Notes: generated by a model from the sequence alone, not told the origin. Positions 8,545 to 19,473 are shown, numbered from the stretch's first letter. The stretch: 64,000 nucleotides of DNA from Oculatellaceae cyanobacterium bins.114 (GCA_033764315.1 JANRJA010000172.1:1-64000), one strand, 5' to 3'. Program-made: numbers and translations.

Positions 8545-11500
8545 TCAGTGCTGGGTTACAGAGGTTTCACGAGCGTTGCTTTCAGGGGTATTGCTCTCAG
8601 GGGCATTGCTTTCACGAGCGTTACACAATGCTGGATTGAAGGTGGGGGAATGATTGGGGTTGGTGGCAACTAACACCACGTCTCCATTGGAATTCATCAT
8701 CCATTGTTGGGCTTCCACGATTGGCGTATGCAGATTAGATTGCGGTTCTCCCGATTCTGATGGGTGGTGAGGAGCCGCCTCATCAGTGGGATCGACCCAA
8801 TCGGTCAAGACATCTTCACTGCCCAAAATTTCGTTGGGGTTGGCGGGCAACCCCCCACGCCCTGTCACTACAAACTCACCTAACTCCTGCCCTCCTTCAC
8901 TGGGGCAGTTGCGGGCAATTAATTGTGAAGCATCGGGTAATGCCACAGGCAGGTTGGCAATGGCACGGGTGTCAAAGTCGGTGGCGTTAATTTCGACGAC
9001 CCCATTGAGAGAGGCATCGGACTGCGAAATCGCGGTGATGTCGTTGGTCTGCAACTGGCTGGTGGGATCGATTTGATCAAACGCATCTTCGCCCAGCAAT
9101 CGTTGAATATCTTCTCGGCTGCGATTGACAAAACTGATAATTCCTTGGGCATTAACCCTGACCACACCTCCTGCCCCGTTGAAGGCATCAGAGGAAATAT
9201 CGTTGTTGCCGAGAGATCCAGCGATCGCAAACCCCTCACCCAAATTAATGGTGATGTCACCCCCGTTTCCAGGGCGACGCTGGGTGCCTGCGGTGGTTGA
9301 GATGCGACTGGCACCACTCATTAACAACACGCCATTGTTTGTACCAACAATGACATTACCGCCGTTGCCCTGTCCAGTGCGAGCGACAACTCTGCCGTTG
9401 TTTTGCAATCGGAGAATATTGGACAGGACGGTAACGTCTCCTGCGGTTAGATCCGTTGGAGTCAAATCTCGACCACTCAGTTCACCTTGCCCAAAGGTGC
9501 TAACGGTAATCAGTCCGCCATCTTCCAACCTTAAAGAGTTAGCAGGTCGAAGCGATCGCACAGTGCCATTAGCGTTGAAAACAACTCCACCACCTACAAA
9601 AACACTGCCTCCCTGTCCGGTGCCACCGGAATCGACCCCGCTAAAGATGGCACTGGGAAAGGTAAACTCTCCTGACTCAAACGCCCCATCGAAGCGAATG
9701 TCTCTTGACAGAAGGGAGACGTTTCCAGCATTACCGCGTCCAGCGGTGCTGGCAATTAGCTGAGCACCATTCGTTGCCGCGAAAGAGCGAGTGGGTCTGA
9801 CAACGATCGCCCCACTCCGAAGCCGCCTGACATCTCCGACAAAAATATCTCCACCGTCGCCGATAGCTCCAGAGCCAATGCTGCTAAAGATGGCTGTGCC
9901 ACCCCCGTCGAGTGAGACATCACGGCTAACTCCAATAAAGACATCCCCTGCATTTCCAATGGCACCGGGGCGATCGTCAGCACGGGTTCGAGTCCCGTTC
10001 GTGTCAATGCCGTCAATCTGGGTTTGCAGTTGAGCACCATTGGACATTAAGAAATCGCGGGTTTGAATCGAGATAAATCCTCCGTTGCCGATCGCCCCAG
10101 AGTCAATATTGCTAAAAATGATGGTTCCTTGACCGTCGAGTGAGATCAGATCACGAACGTCGAGGGTCACGGTTCCGGCGTTGCCAATTCCGCCCCGTGT
10201 ACCGCTAGATGGATTTGAGCCGTTGACTTGAGTTTGCAGTTGAGCACCATTTGACATGGTGAGCGATCGCCCTGTCACCGTGATCGATCCCCCCTGGGCT
10301 GGATCACTCACGCTTCCTGCGCCAGCTTCAATAGTGCTAAACACCAGCGCATCGCTGAGCGCGATCCGATTGCCTGTAAACGTAATATTTCCTGGATCGC
10401 CAAATCCATAAGTACTCGTACTAATTTGAGCACCCCCATTCATGGAGATCAGTCTGGCATCGACATCAACCGTCCCAGCGTCACCCTCTACACCAATTGC
10501 CGTTCTGCTGCTGACAAACCCCCCTCTCAGCAACAATGAACCGCGCCGTACTGATAAATCTATATTTCCAGCAGACTGGTCGTTATAGGTTTCGCTAAAA
10601 ATGCCAAGTTGTGGAATTTCGCCCACCGGAGGACGGGGATTGATCAAAGTAATGCGGCGATTAGCCGTTATTTGAATGTTTCCGGCACGCCCAAAGGTTT
10701 CTTGTACACCATTTCGTTCAGTTTGATTGTCTGTTGTCAAGCGGGTGTTGCTAATACGAATGACGTTGGGTGACAAATTACTGTAATCTTCACTTGCCCC
10801 AATAAAAATTCGTCCAAAGCGACCGTTACTTGAAATTCCGCCCCTGATACCCAGTCCAAATTCCGTTTCGCTTTGTGGGGTGAAGTCTGGATTCGAGTTT
10901 GTGATGGATACCGAATCTCGAGCTGTGATGCTGATGTCTCCTGCTAATCCTTCACCAAAATTGGTAGAGTCGATCGCCGCTCGATCGATCAACACAGACC
11001 CCTCAGTGGCAGACATCTCGATCGAGCCAAAGCCCTCACTGATGTCATCTGTTTGACTGGTTGTCGTGATACTGCTGTTGCTAATGTTGATTAGATCAAG
11101 GGCATTGATGTTAATGCCACCCACTCGATCATTGTTGAGTAGATTATTTGTTCTAATGGAGGAGTTATTTCTAACCAAGACTTGCCGAGGGACAACATCC
11201 TCAGACCCAATCGTAATGCGTCCAAAATAGCCCTGGCTAAAGATACCGCTGCGATCGCTAATCTCGACACGATCGCGGGCATTGATAAAAATATCTCCTG
11301 AGGTTCCACTACCTCGATGGGTGGTGCTAATCAAAGAGCCGTCATCAATCAACACCGAACCCTGTAAAGATGACACGTTAATAATGCCGAAATTGTTTGC
11401 ATCGCGTGTGCTATCTGCTGGGTCTGTGACTCGACTGGTGATGCGGCTATTAGAAATTTGTAATGTGTTCTGTGCTCTGATTCGTACCTGTCCAGCAAAA

Positions 11501-14274
11501 CCATCAGCAATCAGTCCAAACTGATTATTTGCATTATCTGGATTGCTGTCTTGAGGGTTGTCGATGATATCGACGTTGGCAGGAGCAATGGTATCGCTAG
11601 TCGTACCGCCAATCAAAATTCGCCCAAATCTTCCCTGCGCTGAAACAGTGCTGTTATTGAGAATCGAGACGCGATCGCGGGCATTGATAAAAATGTCCCC
11701 TGCTACACCATTATCTGCAACTGCATTGGCATCTTGATCTATACCTGCATTGGTGGCACTTACTCGTGATCCATCTATCAAAACGAAGCTATTCGGTGCA
11801 CTTAACCGAATTTCACTATAGTTTTCGGGCGAAGTATCTTGATTGCTGTTGTTGCTACTCGCTAAAACAAAACTATCGGTAAGAGAGAGTTGTCCATTGG
11901 AGGCAATGGTGATGTCGCCTGCAAATCCGGTATTTCTATTCTGAGCTTGGATGGATGAGTTATTTCTTATCTCGACCGATCCTGCCTGAATCGAGACATC
12001 TCCGCTGTTACCCGTGCCGCCTCCCAATTCCACGCTGCTGAAGATTTGTCCGCTGTCAGCACTAAATAAACCCGTTAACGTGATGTTGACATCCGATGCA
12101 TCGCCCTGTCCTCCATTGCCTATCAGGGTTTGTAATTGAACACCGTTGGTCAGAAAAAGTGATCCTCCAGTCACGCGAATTTCACCTGCATCTCCGATCG
12201 CCCCGGTTTCTACAGTGCTGAGCAAAAGGGTTTGAGGAGTAGCCCCAGTGCCACGTCCGGCAATACGAATTTCACCTGTCCCTGCGTCAATTTGAATATC
12301 TCCCGCATTGCCCTGTCGTGTGGTCGATGCATTCAATTCAGCCCCATTGCTAATAGAAACCAACCCCGTTGCTCTGATACTTATATCGCCAGCGTTAAAA
12401 GACTCTGTACTTCCTGTGATTCCCTGATTTGAGGTCGCTAAGCGGCTATTGTCAATTGCAACAGTAATGGGAGCGGTAGGGTCATCTTGCGTCGTGGAGT
12501 TTCTACCAATAACAATCTGTCCTAAGTTGCCTTCAGCCTCAATCAAGCTGCCATTGACAATATCAATGCGATCGCGAGCATCAATTAAGACATCTCCTGC
12601 AAACCGAGTTCCTGTGTTCGTAGCATTAATTCGAGCATTATTGAGAAGGACAGAGCCATTAGTAGACTCAATTTGTACGGTGCTAAAGGGAATATTCAGA
12701 TCGTTGTTAATGCTACTGCTATCGATACGGCTTCCTGGATTAAGGGTAATGTTTCCGGCAGCTCGAAAGTTGACATCGCCACTTGAACCCAGGTTTAAAG
12801 CAGACGTAATAACAGTGCCATTTAGGGTAATACCGCTGCGGGCATCAACAGTTACAGACCCTCCGCCATCATTTCCACCTGTATCAATCGAGCCGATGAC
12901 AATGCCATTGGGAGCGGCCAAGGCATTAGGTTGATATTGGTTGGTGAGATAAACGACCCCACCCAGGTTGCTTCCAGTGAAGTTAATAGAGTTCACTCGA
13001 ATATCTGCTGTCGTTGCCCCAGCCAGAGGAGGAGTCGGGGCATTAATCACCGTGTTGCCTGGAAAGCCCGGAATGAGTGACCAATTGACGCCAGCCCGGA
13101 TATCTACAAAAAAGCGGTTGGCTCCATCCACAACTCCTGGAACAGGGGCTGTTGGTGTGCCACTATCGACGGAATCAGGAATGCCGTTGGTTGCTAACGC
13201 TGCCAAAAACGGGTCAGGGTTCGCAGGGTTAATGGTGTCATTGACGGTGCCGATGCTGGTTACATCAACATTGCCCAGCGTGACACTTCCACCTGCCAAA
13301 ATGTGCAGCGAGGCCGTGTTCAACACATCCCCCAACACGACATCTCCGATCGCTAAAATGATGGGGTCATAGGGACTGACTAAGTCGCCCCGTGCTCCCC
13401 CTAGCCGCTCAATCCGAAAATCACCACCACTCCAATAATGGGCATCACCGCTGACGGGATTGGCGGATCGCAGTGTCATGTTGCTGCCAGAGAAAAAGCC
13501 GCTACTAGGATGGTTGAGAGCAAAGATATCGACTGTGCGATCGCCCTGAATTAGCAACTCACCCCCGGCACTGGCAATAAAGGGAGCGGTAACACTGTCG
13601 CGAATCTGCACAGTATCTTGTGCCTGGAGGGTTAGATTGCGTCCGGCTTGCAATTGACCTTGCAAGTTTAGGGTGTTGCCTGAGAGAGTCAGGTCTTGCC
13701 CTGTCGTCAATTGCCCTTGATTGGTGATGATGCCCGTGCCATATTGCAAGCCAATCGGGACTCGCATGGTCAAAAGCGGAGCCGATTGGGGATTTGTGGC
13801 ACTAAAGTCGCTGCCATCGGGAAAGGTGAAGCGATCGCCCGTGCTAGCCACAAAAGAACCGCCGATATCAAGCCGAGCATTGGGGCCAAATAAAATGCCA
13901 TTGGGATTGAGCAGAAACAGGTTCGCGGCTCCATCGACTCCCAACGTGCCCATGATGTCAGACACATCTCTGCCTGTGACGCGACCTAAGATATTTTCAA
14001 CACCAGCGGGGTTGCTGAAATAAACCCGTTGTCCCTCGTTGACATTAAAGTCTTGAAAACTATGAAACAGATTGACGCCACGAAGAGCTCCCCCATCAAT
14101 CCGATCGCCCAACCGACCCCGAACGGTGACGCCTCGGTTAACACTTGATCGCTCTGCCCCTAAGGTGCTATCGGGAACAATCTGAGCCAGTGCTATTGGG
14201 CTATAAAGGGCGATCGTGCTAACCCCCAACACCACACCACTGACGAAAACACCATTGTGCCAGCTATGAGCCAT
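8545..14274 (-). CDS. Filamentous haemagglutinin-like (TpsA) exoprotein; likely start at ATG 14274
   Basis: Signal peptide ending ALA/QIVPD; TPS domain NLFHSF...NPNGI; G-x-AG-x-I-x-I beta-helix repeats; C-terminal VTGRGGLP. Confidence 0.92.
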   Translation of the reverse strand: MAHSWHNGVFVSGVVLGVSTIALYSPIALAQIVPDSTLGAERSSVNRGVTVRGRLGDRIDGGALRGVNLFHSFQDFNVNEGQRVYFSNPAGVENILGRVTGRDVSDIMGTLGVDGAANLFLLNPNGILFGPNARLDIGGSFVASTGDRFTFPDGSDFSATNPQSAPLLTMRVPIGLQYGTGIITNQGQLTTGQDLTLSGNTLNLQGQLQAGRNLTLQAQDTVQIRDSVTAPFIASAGGELLIQGDRTVDIFALNHPSSGFFSGSNMTLRSANPVSGDAHYWSGGDFRIERLGGARGDLVSPYDPIILAIGDVVLGDVLNTASLHILAGGSVTLGNVDVTSIGTVNDTINPANPDPFLAALATNGIPDSVDSGTPTAPVPGVVDGANRFFVDIRAGVNWSLIPGFPGNTVINAPTPPLAGATTADIRVNSINFTGSNLGGVVYLTNQYQPNALAAPNGIVIGSIDTGGNDGGGSVTVDARSGITLNGTVITSALNLGSSGDVNFRAAGNITLNPGSRIDSSSINNDLNIPFSTVQIESTNGSVLLNNARINATNTGTRFAGDVLIDARDRIDIVNGSLIEAEGNLGQIVIGRNSTTQDDPTAPITVAIDNSRLATSNQGITGSTESFNAGDISIRATGLVSISNGAELNASTTRQGNAGDIQIDAGTGEIRIAGRGTGATPQTLLLSTVETGAIGDAGEIRVTGGSLFLTNGVQLQTLIGNGGQGDASDVNITLTGLFSADSGQIFSSVELGGGTGNSGDVSIQAGSVEIRNNSSIQAQNRNTGFAGDITIASNGQLSLTDSFVLASSNNSNQDTSPENYSEIRLSAPNSFVLIDGSRVSATNAGIDQDANAVADNGVAGDIFINARDRVSILNNSTVSAQGRFGRILIGGTTSDTIAPANVDIIDNPQDSNPDNANNQFGLIADGFAGQVRIRAQNTLQISNSRITSRVTDPADSTRDANNFGIINVSSLQGSVLIDDGSLISTTHRGSGTSGDIFINARDRVEISDRSGIFSQGYFGRITIGSEDVVPRQVLVRNNSSIRTNNLLNNDRVGGININALDLINISNSSITTTSQTDDISEGFGSIEMSATEGSVLIDRAAIDSTNFGEGLAGDISITARDSVSITNSNPDFTPQSETEFGLGIRGGISSNGRFGRIFIGASEDYSNLSPNVIRISNTRLTTDNQTERNGVQETFGRAGNIQITANRRITLINPRPPVGEIPQLGIFSETYNDQSAGNIDLSVRRGSLLLRGGFVSSRTAIGVEGDAGTVDVDARLISMNGGAQISTSTYGFGDPGNITFTGNRIALSDALVFSTIEAGAGSVSDPAQGGSITVTGRSLTMSNGAQLQTQVNGSNPSSGTRGGIGNAGTVTLDVRDLISLDGQGTIIFSNIDSGAIGNGGFISIQTRDFLMSNGAQLQTQIDGIDTNGTRTRADDRPGAIGNAGDVFIGVSRDVSLDGGGTAIFSSIGSGAIGDGGDIFVGDVRRLRSGAIVVRPTRSFAATNGAQLIASTAGRGNAGNVSLLSRDIRFDGAFESGEFTFPSAIFSGVDSGGTGQGGSVFVGGGVVFNANGTVRSLRPANSLRLEDGGLITVSTFGQGELSGRDLTPTDLTAGDVTVLSNILRLQNNGRVVARTGQGNGGNVIVGTNNGVLLMSGASRISTTAGTQRRPGNGGDITINLGEGFAIAGSLGNNDISSDAFNGAGGVVRVNAQGIISFVNRSREDIQRLLGEDAFDQIDPTSQLQTNDITAISQSDASLNGVVEINATDFDTRAIANLPVALPDASQLIARNCPSEGGQELGEFVVTGRGGLPANPNEILGSEDVLTDWVDPTDEAAPHHPSESGEPQSNLHTPIVEAQQWMMNSNGDVVLVATNPNHSPTFNPALCNARESNAPESNTPESNARETSVTQH

Positions 14275-14733
14275 AGCAAACTTGTCTCCCGGAAAAAATA
14301 ACACAATTGCATTGTTTGTAACGGGCGATCGCACACCTGAATCTACATTCGTCAAAGCTCTATCGGTATAAAAGATAGAGGTTTACTAGGCAATGTCGTT
14401 TGAAAACCATTTCATGACTGACTTAGTTTCGCGTCAGCTTGCCCTGCTTAGATCAACCGATCACGTGATGCAACTCCGTTTAAAAATCGAGCCTTGAAGT
14501 CAGCAAGAACTGTTGATGTCAGAAGGATTCACTCTGTCAGTTTAATTAGGCTTCAGCAGGAGATTACCATAATTCATTTGGTGATTAAACAAAGCGATCT
14601 AAACACTTAATGCTTAATAGATTAGCTCCGTTGGTGGGGAAGAGATCTCCTGCGAAATTTTAAGCCGATTCGATCAGGTCATCCTCAGTTGTCAATCGTT
14701 AATCATCAGTCGCTGTTTGATCTTCTATCTTTT

Positions 14734-14945
14734 ACCCGTTAGCCTTAATCAATCACAAGCTGCCTCACATTATAAAAGACACATTTACCGTTTGCTCTTC
14801 ACCCATTAGCCTTAATCAATCACAAGCGGCTTCACCTTTATATAGCCGTCCTAAATCAGTTATGAGATGAGCGAATTGTAAGAGGCACACCCCTGAGGCG
14901 TACCCCTCTCACAACCCATTTGGGATTTCTATAAAAGATACATTT
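14734..14945. repeat. Imperfect tandem duplication of about 53 bp; the second copy is interrupted by a MITE
   Basis: ACCC(G/A)TTAGCCTTAATCAATCACAAGC...TAAAAGA(C/T)ACATTT starts at 14734 and again at 14801. Confidence 0.85.
14841..14933. mobile_element. MITE with TAGCCGTCCTAAAT/ATTTGGGATTTCTA termini inserted at a TA
   Basis: Imperfect TIRs, TA duplication, related copies at 1-37 and 61112-61204. Confidence 0.8.
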
Positions 14946-15130
14946 TTATAGAAATGCGGTTGAAACTCTAAATTCTCTGCTATAAATGCAATTGCATTAA
15001 TCAAAATGTGAATTAGTAGGAAAATTAAATTCGATCGCCTCTCTTGCTAAAGTCATCTTCAGCAAACGATCGCTCCCCAATGGTTACAGCCCACAGCTAC
15101 AAGAAACGACTGCTCTGACTTCAGGTTTCA

Positions 15131-15493
15131 ATGGATATTCAAGAGGAAATCAATCGACAACGAATAAAGCATATTATTAGCAGCTATCAGCTTGGCGGTA
15201 GCGAGGCTGACCAGATGGAGCTTTATCTCAACGAATTAGTTGAAAACTATCCGATGCCTTTAATTGAATTGGCATTGGTTGAAACATTAGTTGATCATTG
15301 GCTGACAGTGCCCTTGCTAAGAGGACGAGATTTTTTTAGTCAGGCACACGACAAGTTAAAAGACTGGGAAAGCCAACCCATTATCAGTACGATTACGCCA
15401 GAACAGTTCCAACAAATTACAGGGCTTGATCCATCCCCCGTGTTTGGCTCAACCGAAAAGCCTCCCACTCGACCCATTGTGCATCCCTCCTAA
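15131..15493 (+). CDS. Hypothetical protein (120 aa)
   Basis: Stand-alone ATG ORF with protein-like composition; resembles cyanobacterial conserved hypotheticals. Confidence 0.7.
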   Translation: MDIQEEINRQRIKHIISSYQLGGSEADQMELYLNELVENYPMPLIELALVETLVDHWLTVPLLRGRDFFSQAHDKLKDWESQPIISTITPEQFQQITGLDPSPVFGSTEKPPTRPIVHPS

Positions 15494-15529
15494 TGGATTG
15501 GACATTGAGTAGACATTGAGTGTCAGTGG

Positions 15530-16225
15530 TTATGAGGCCGCGTTGGAGTATGCTTTGTCAAATAAAGGTTTGGCGATCGCCACCACCCCATAAACCCGAA
15601 TCTGATGTCTTCTTAGCGTTTGTGCCGCTGCATTTACCGTTGCCCCAGTTGTATAAACGTCATCTAACAACAACACAGGGGAGTGAGGAGAGCGATGCCG
15701 AAACTCGCGTCCTAATTGAAAGGCTCCTAACAGGTTTTGCTGACGAGCCTCGGCAGATAGCTCAAACTGAGCCGTGGTAGCGCGAACCCGCTCTAACCCC
15801 TGGCGTCGCAGCAGCAAACCTGTTTTGTCGCAAAAGGCTTCAGCTAACAACTCAGCCTGATCAAATCCGCGTTTCTGCCGCTTTGCCGCATGCATTGGAA
15901 TGGGAACAACTGTCACTGGCGTCTGACTCAGGGGCGATGCTAACCAGGCATTAGCTAGCCAATGCCCTAATGGTCGAGCCAGTTGAGGCTGATTTTCGTA
16001 CTTTAAAGTGGCGATCGCTCGTTTTAATGCACCTCCATAGTCACCCCACGCAAAAACAGGGGATGGCGTTTGCCAACTTGCACCTGGGTCGGGGTGTTGA
16101 CAGCGTTGCACCTGCCGTTCACAGTCGAGGCACAAGTCTAAAGGGGTCGATCGCTGACACACTGGACAAAATGACTGTAAAAACAGGCCCAGTAAGGGTT
16201 TAAAGGATTGAGTCCAATGTTGCAT
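15530..16225 (-). CDS. comF: ComF family competence protein (Zn-ribbon plus PRTase); likely start at ATG 16225
   Basis: CPVC...CLDC, RGFDQAELLA, LLLDDVYTTGAT. Confidence 0.9.
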   Translation of the reverse strand: MQHWTQSFKPLLGLFLQSFCPVCQRSTPLDLCLDCERQVQRCQHPDPGASWQTPSPVFAWGDYGGALKRAIATLKYENQPQLARPLGHWLANAWLASPLSQTPVTVVPIPMHAAKRQKRGFDQAELLAEAFCDKTGLLLRRQGLERVRATTAQFELSAEARQQNLLGAFQLGREFRHRSPHSPVLLLDDVYTTGATVNAAAQTLRRHQIRVYGVVAIAKPLFDKAYSNAAS

Positions 16226-16479
16226 TGCCACCCATTGTGATGAAATGATGATGAAAAACAAAGTGTAAGATGCCAAAATAATTAACATCTGACGTAAAAA
16301 ACGGCAGAGTGGGTAAAATGGCATTTAATAAATCTATAGTTCCACTTCAACTAATGGGATTTAACATAGTTTCTATATCCCAGGCTCTATATCCCTGTTG
16401 TTAGCCTTTCTCAGTACAAACCAATCACCATAAACAACGTTCACAAATCTGCTGCTAACAGACATTTGATACTTTGCTC

Positions 16480-17010
16480 ATGCTGCCTATTACTAAACAG
16501 AATCGCGATTTACCGGCCATCAATGAACGAATCCGGTTTCCAAAGATTAGGGTAATTGATACAGATGGTGCTCAACTTGGCATTTTGACACCGCGTGAAG
16601 CTCTGAGACTTGCTGAAGAAAAAGAGCTTGATTTGGTGCTGGTGAGTGACAAGGCCGATCCGCCTGTTTGCCGGATTATGGACTATGGCAAGTTTAAGTT
16701 TGAGCAAGAAAAGAAAGCCCGCGAAGCCCGTAAGAAGCAACACACTTCAGATGTCAAAGAAGTGAAGATGCGTTACAAAATTGAAGAACACGATTACCGG
16801 GTTTGTATTAATCGGGCTGAGAAGTTTCTCAAAGATGGCGATAAAGTCAAAGCAACGATTATGTTTCGGGGTCGTGAGATTCAACATAGCGACTTGGCAG
16901 AGAGTCTGTTGCAACGCATGGCAAAAGATTTGCAAGAACTTGCTGAGGTACAACAGTCACCAAAACGCGAAGGACGCAATATGATGATGTTGCTGTCGCC
17001 TAAAAAGTGA
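16480..17010 (+). CDS. infC: Translation initiation factor IF-3
   Basis: [42 protein letters not shown]. Confidence 0.97.
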   Translation: MLPITKQNRDLPAINERIRFPKIRVIDTDGAQLGILTPREALRLAEEKELDLVLVSDKADPPVCRIMDYGKFKFEQEKKAREARKKQHTSDVKEVKMRYKIEEHDYRVCINRAEKFLKDGDKVKATIMFRGREIQHSDLAESLLQRMAKDLQELAEVQQSPKREGRNMMMLLSPKK

Positions 17011-17033
17011 TGCTCAACTGATGAGCACAAATA

Positions 17034-17564
17034 ATGATCAAGCTTAATCCCTGGCAAATTGCGTTTTTTCTAGTTATTGCCGCAGGTTGCATCCCCTCTG
17101 GTCAGGTTTCGGGAGTCTCTCCCACCCCTGCCCCTGCCTCACCTGCAACAGTTGCAACAACCCCCTCTAACTCGACCCCCTCTAGTGCACCAAACTCTCC
17201 CTCTGATGCAGAGAGTGCTGGTGGAGATATTGTTGCTCAGGCTGCTGATTGCACCAATCCGCAAACTCAGCTAGAGATCAATGAATGTGCTGCTAAATCA
17301 GCAGATGTGGCTGATCAAAAGTTGAATGAGGTCTATCAACAGCTCAAAGCAACGTTGAGTTCTAGTGAAGAAAAGCTGCTGACTGATGCTCAGCGCGCGT
17401 GGATTGAGTTCCGCGACAAAAACTGTGCATTTTCAAGTGGCAGATTTGAGGGAGGATCGATCGCTCCTACGGTTTACAGCAGTTGCATTGAACGCATCAC
17501 GAAGCAGCGCACCGAAGAACTCCAGGGCTATGCCCAGAGCATGGAGGATGGGGGGCTGTTTTGA
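17034..17564 (+). CDS. LprI (DUF1311) family lipoprotein, putative lysozyme inhibitor
   Basis: Lipobox AAGC; TQLEINECA...LNEVYQQL...AQRAWIEFRDKNC. Confidence 0.85.
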   Translation: MIKLNPWQIAFFLVIAAGCIPSGQVSGVSPTPAPASPATVATTPSNSTPSSAPNSPSDAESAGGDIVAQAADCTNPQTQLEINECAAKSADVADQKLNEVYQQLKATLSSSEEKLLTDAQRAWIEFRDKNCAFSSGRFEGGSIAPTVYSSCIERITKQRTEELQGYAQSMEDGGLF

Positions 17565-17573
17565 AAAAACGCA

Positions 17574-17616
17574 AGAGACGCGATCAATGCAGAGACGCGA
17601 TTGATCGCGTCTCTGC
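17574..17616. repeat. REP-like palindrome AGAGACGCGATnnATCGCGTCTCT plus a partial copy, between convergent genes
   Basis: 13-bp perfect stem at 17589-17616; same family at 25499-25543. Confidence 0.8.
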
Positions 17617-17618
17617 GG

Positions 17619-18734
17619 CTACCTGTCTTCAAAATACTCTTTGACGATCGCCACAATACGTTCTGAGGAGTGCCCATCCCCAAAAGGATTCACGGCTGTT
17701 GCCATAGTGTTGTAAGCAACCGAGTTGCTTAACAATTCACTGGTTTCATTGAGGATGCGATCGGGGTTAGTGCCGATCAGTTTAGCCGTGCCTGCGGCGA
17801 TCGCCTCTGGTCGTTCGGTGGTTTCGCGCAGCACCAACACAGGCTTGCCAAGACTGGGGGCTTCTTCTTGTAACCCCCCTGAATCGGTGAGCAATAAATA
17901 GCATCGCTGCATGGCTCCGACCAACTCAGCGTAGTCGAGCGGTTCCGTTAAAAAAGCTCTGGGATGATTGCCCAATAATGCTTGCAGTGGTTCCCTCACG
18001 GTCGGATTGCGGTGCAGGGGCAGCAGCAGAGCCGCATCGGGAAACTTATCCAACACGTCGAGAAACCCCTGAGCGATATCTTGCAAGGGATCGCCCCAAT
18101 TTTCACGCCGATGCACCGTCGCTAACATCACCCGATATTGACTCCAGTCGAGATGAGGGATGGTGCAAGGGGGATGTTGTGCCGCCACGGTCAACAATGC
18201 ATCAATGACGGTATTACCTGTCTGGTAAATTTTGCCTACTACGCCCGATCGCTCTAAGTTTTCAACGGCCAATGGGGTAGGGGCAAAGTTGAGTTGAGTG
18301 ATCTGAGAGATCAGGCGACGGTTTGCTTCTTCAGGATAGGGGTTAAACAGGTCATCGGTGCGTAACCCTGCCTCGACATGCCCAACAGGAATGCGGTGAT
18401 AAAAAGCGGCGATCGCAGCGGCAAAGGCAGTGGTCGTATCTCCCTGCACGATCACTAACTGAGGTTTGATCTGCTGAAACAGAGTCTCTAATCCTTGCAA
18501 ACTACGACAGGTAATATCAGTCAAGGTTTGCTTATGCTGCATGATCGCCAAGTCTTGATCGGCAGTGAGGGCAAACAAATCCATCACTTGTTGCACCATT
18601 TCTCGATGTTGCCCCGTTAAAACAACATGGGTTTCAAAGTCAGGGCTTTGCTTGAATTGGCGAATTACGGGAGCCAGTTTAATGGCCTCAGGGCGTGTTC
18701 CTAGAATGATACAAATTGGAATTGGCGTCTGCAT
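17619..18734 (-). CDS. wecB: UDP-N-acetylglucosamine 2-epimerase (non-hydrolysing); start at ATG 18734
   Basis: GTRPEAIK, HVEAGLRT, PEEANR, TDSGGLQEEAP, NPFGDG. Confidence 0.95.
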   Translation of the reverse strand: MQTPIPICIILGTRPEAIKLAPVIRQFKQSPDFETHVVLTGQHREMVQQVMDLFALTADQDLAIMQHKQTLTDITCRSLQGLETLFQQIKPQLVIVQGDTTTAFAAAIAAFYHRIPVGHVEAGLRTDDLFNPYPEEANRRLISQITQLNFAPTPLAVENLERSGVVGKIYQTGNTVIDALLTVAAQHPPCTIPHLDWSQYRVMLATVHRRENWGDPLQDIAQGFLDVLDKFPDAALLLPLHRNPTVREPLQALLGNHPRAFLTEPLDYAELVGAMQRCYLLLTDSGGLQEEAPSLGKPVLVLRETTERPEAIAAGTAKLIGTNPDRILNETSELLSNSVAYNTMATAVNPFGDGHSSERIVAIVKEYFEDR

Positions 18735-18822
18735 AGAGTAGGGAATAGAGATGAGTAAGGATGAAGGCAGAGGGCATTTTTTGTAGGATGCCGTTGACAA
18801 ACGACAAACGACAGTCATTTCA

Positions 18823-19464
18823 TTAATTCTGCGGTGGTTCGTTCTGGGGTGACGGTTCGTTTTGTGGTGACGGTTCGTTTTCTGGTGGCTCACTGTTAGG
18901 TGATGCTTCGTTAGCTGGCTCTGCTTTCCACTCTGGAAGGGCACGATTAACAGCTGCATCAAAGTCAGCGGGAACCAACACAATATTGAGGGACTCGGCA
19001 GGCTCAGCAGGGGGATCAACCTGAGCATACAGGCGACTGCGATCGAAGTTATAGCCTCCCACAGTGAGGCGATGGCTTTTTTGATCGTCGAGGGTGAAGT
19101 CAATCACAGCGAGGGGTTGATGAAACCCAAAATCTGCTTGTTGGTCAGTAGGAGCAGTAAAGGAGCGATCGCTCTGACTGACTGCAATTAAGTTCAGCAA
19201 ATAGGCGATCGAGGCTTCGTTGGCAGCACCTGCATCCGGTTCTTTCATCTGCCAGGTGCCGTTCTCATCTTTGGTAAAGGAGAGCGATCGCAACTGGGTT
19301 TTGAGGGTAAATGATGTGATCTGCTGTTCCTCAACGGCAAATAGATCTTGGGTTGTTTCAGAGTCAATTGAGGGGGTGTCACCGTTAATTTGAGACAGAT
19401 AGACAGCACCCCCCAAAATGGCTGCAATGACAACTAGCACAATCGTCGTGGGTTTCAGTTTCAT
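18823..19464 (-). CDS. DUF4340 domain protein with C-terminal 18-bp tandem repeats (NEPSPQ)
   Basis: N-terminal TM segment; lies directly downstream of a GldG-type gene. Confidence 0.8.
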   Translation of the reverse strand: MKLKPTTIVLVVIAAILGGAVYLSQINGDTPSIDSETTQDLFAVEEQQITSFTLKTQLRSLSFTKDENGTWQMKEPDAGAANEASIAYLLNLIAVSQSDRSFTAPTDQQADFGFHQPLAVIDFTLDDQKSHRLTVGGYNFDRSRLYAQVDPPAEPAESLNIVLVPADFDAAVNRALPEWKAEPANEASPNSEPPENEPSPQNEPSPQNEPPQN

Positions 19465-19473
19465 GGCTCAATC

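Noticed and set aside
8760-14023. Many 65-212 aa ORFs antisense or out of frame within the exoprotein gene
   Set aside because: Expected from the Gly/Ser/Asn/Thr codon bias of the host gene
18735-19103. N-terminal extension of wecB in the ORF track
   Set aside because: Overlaps the DUF4340 gene in another frame; WecB homology starts at MQTPIP (18734)
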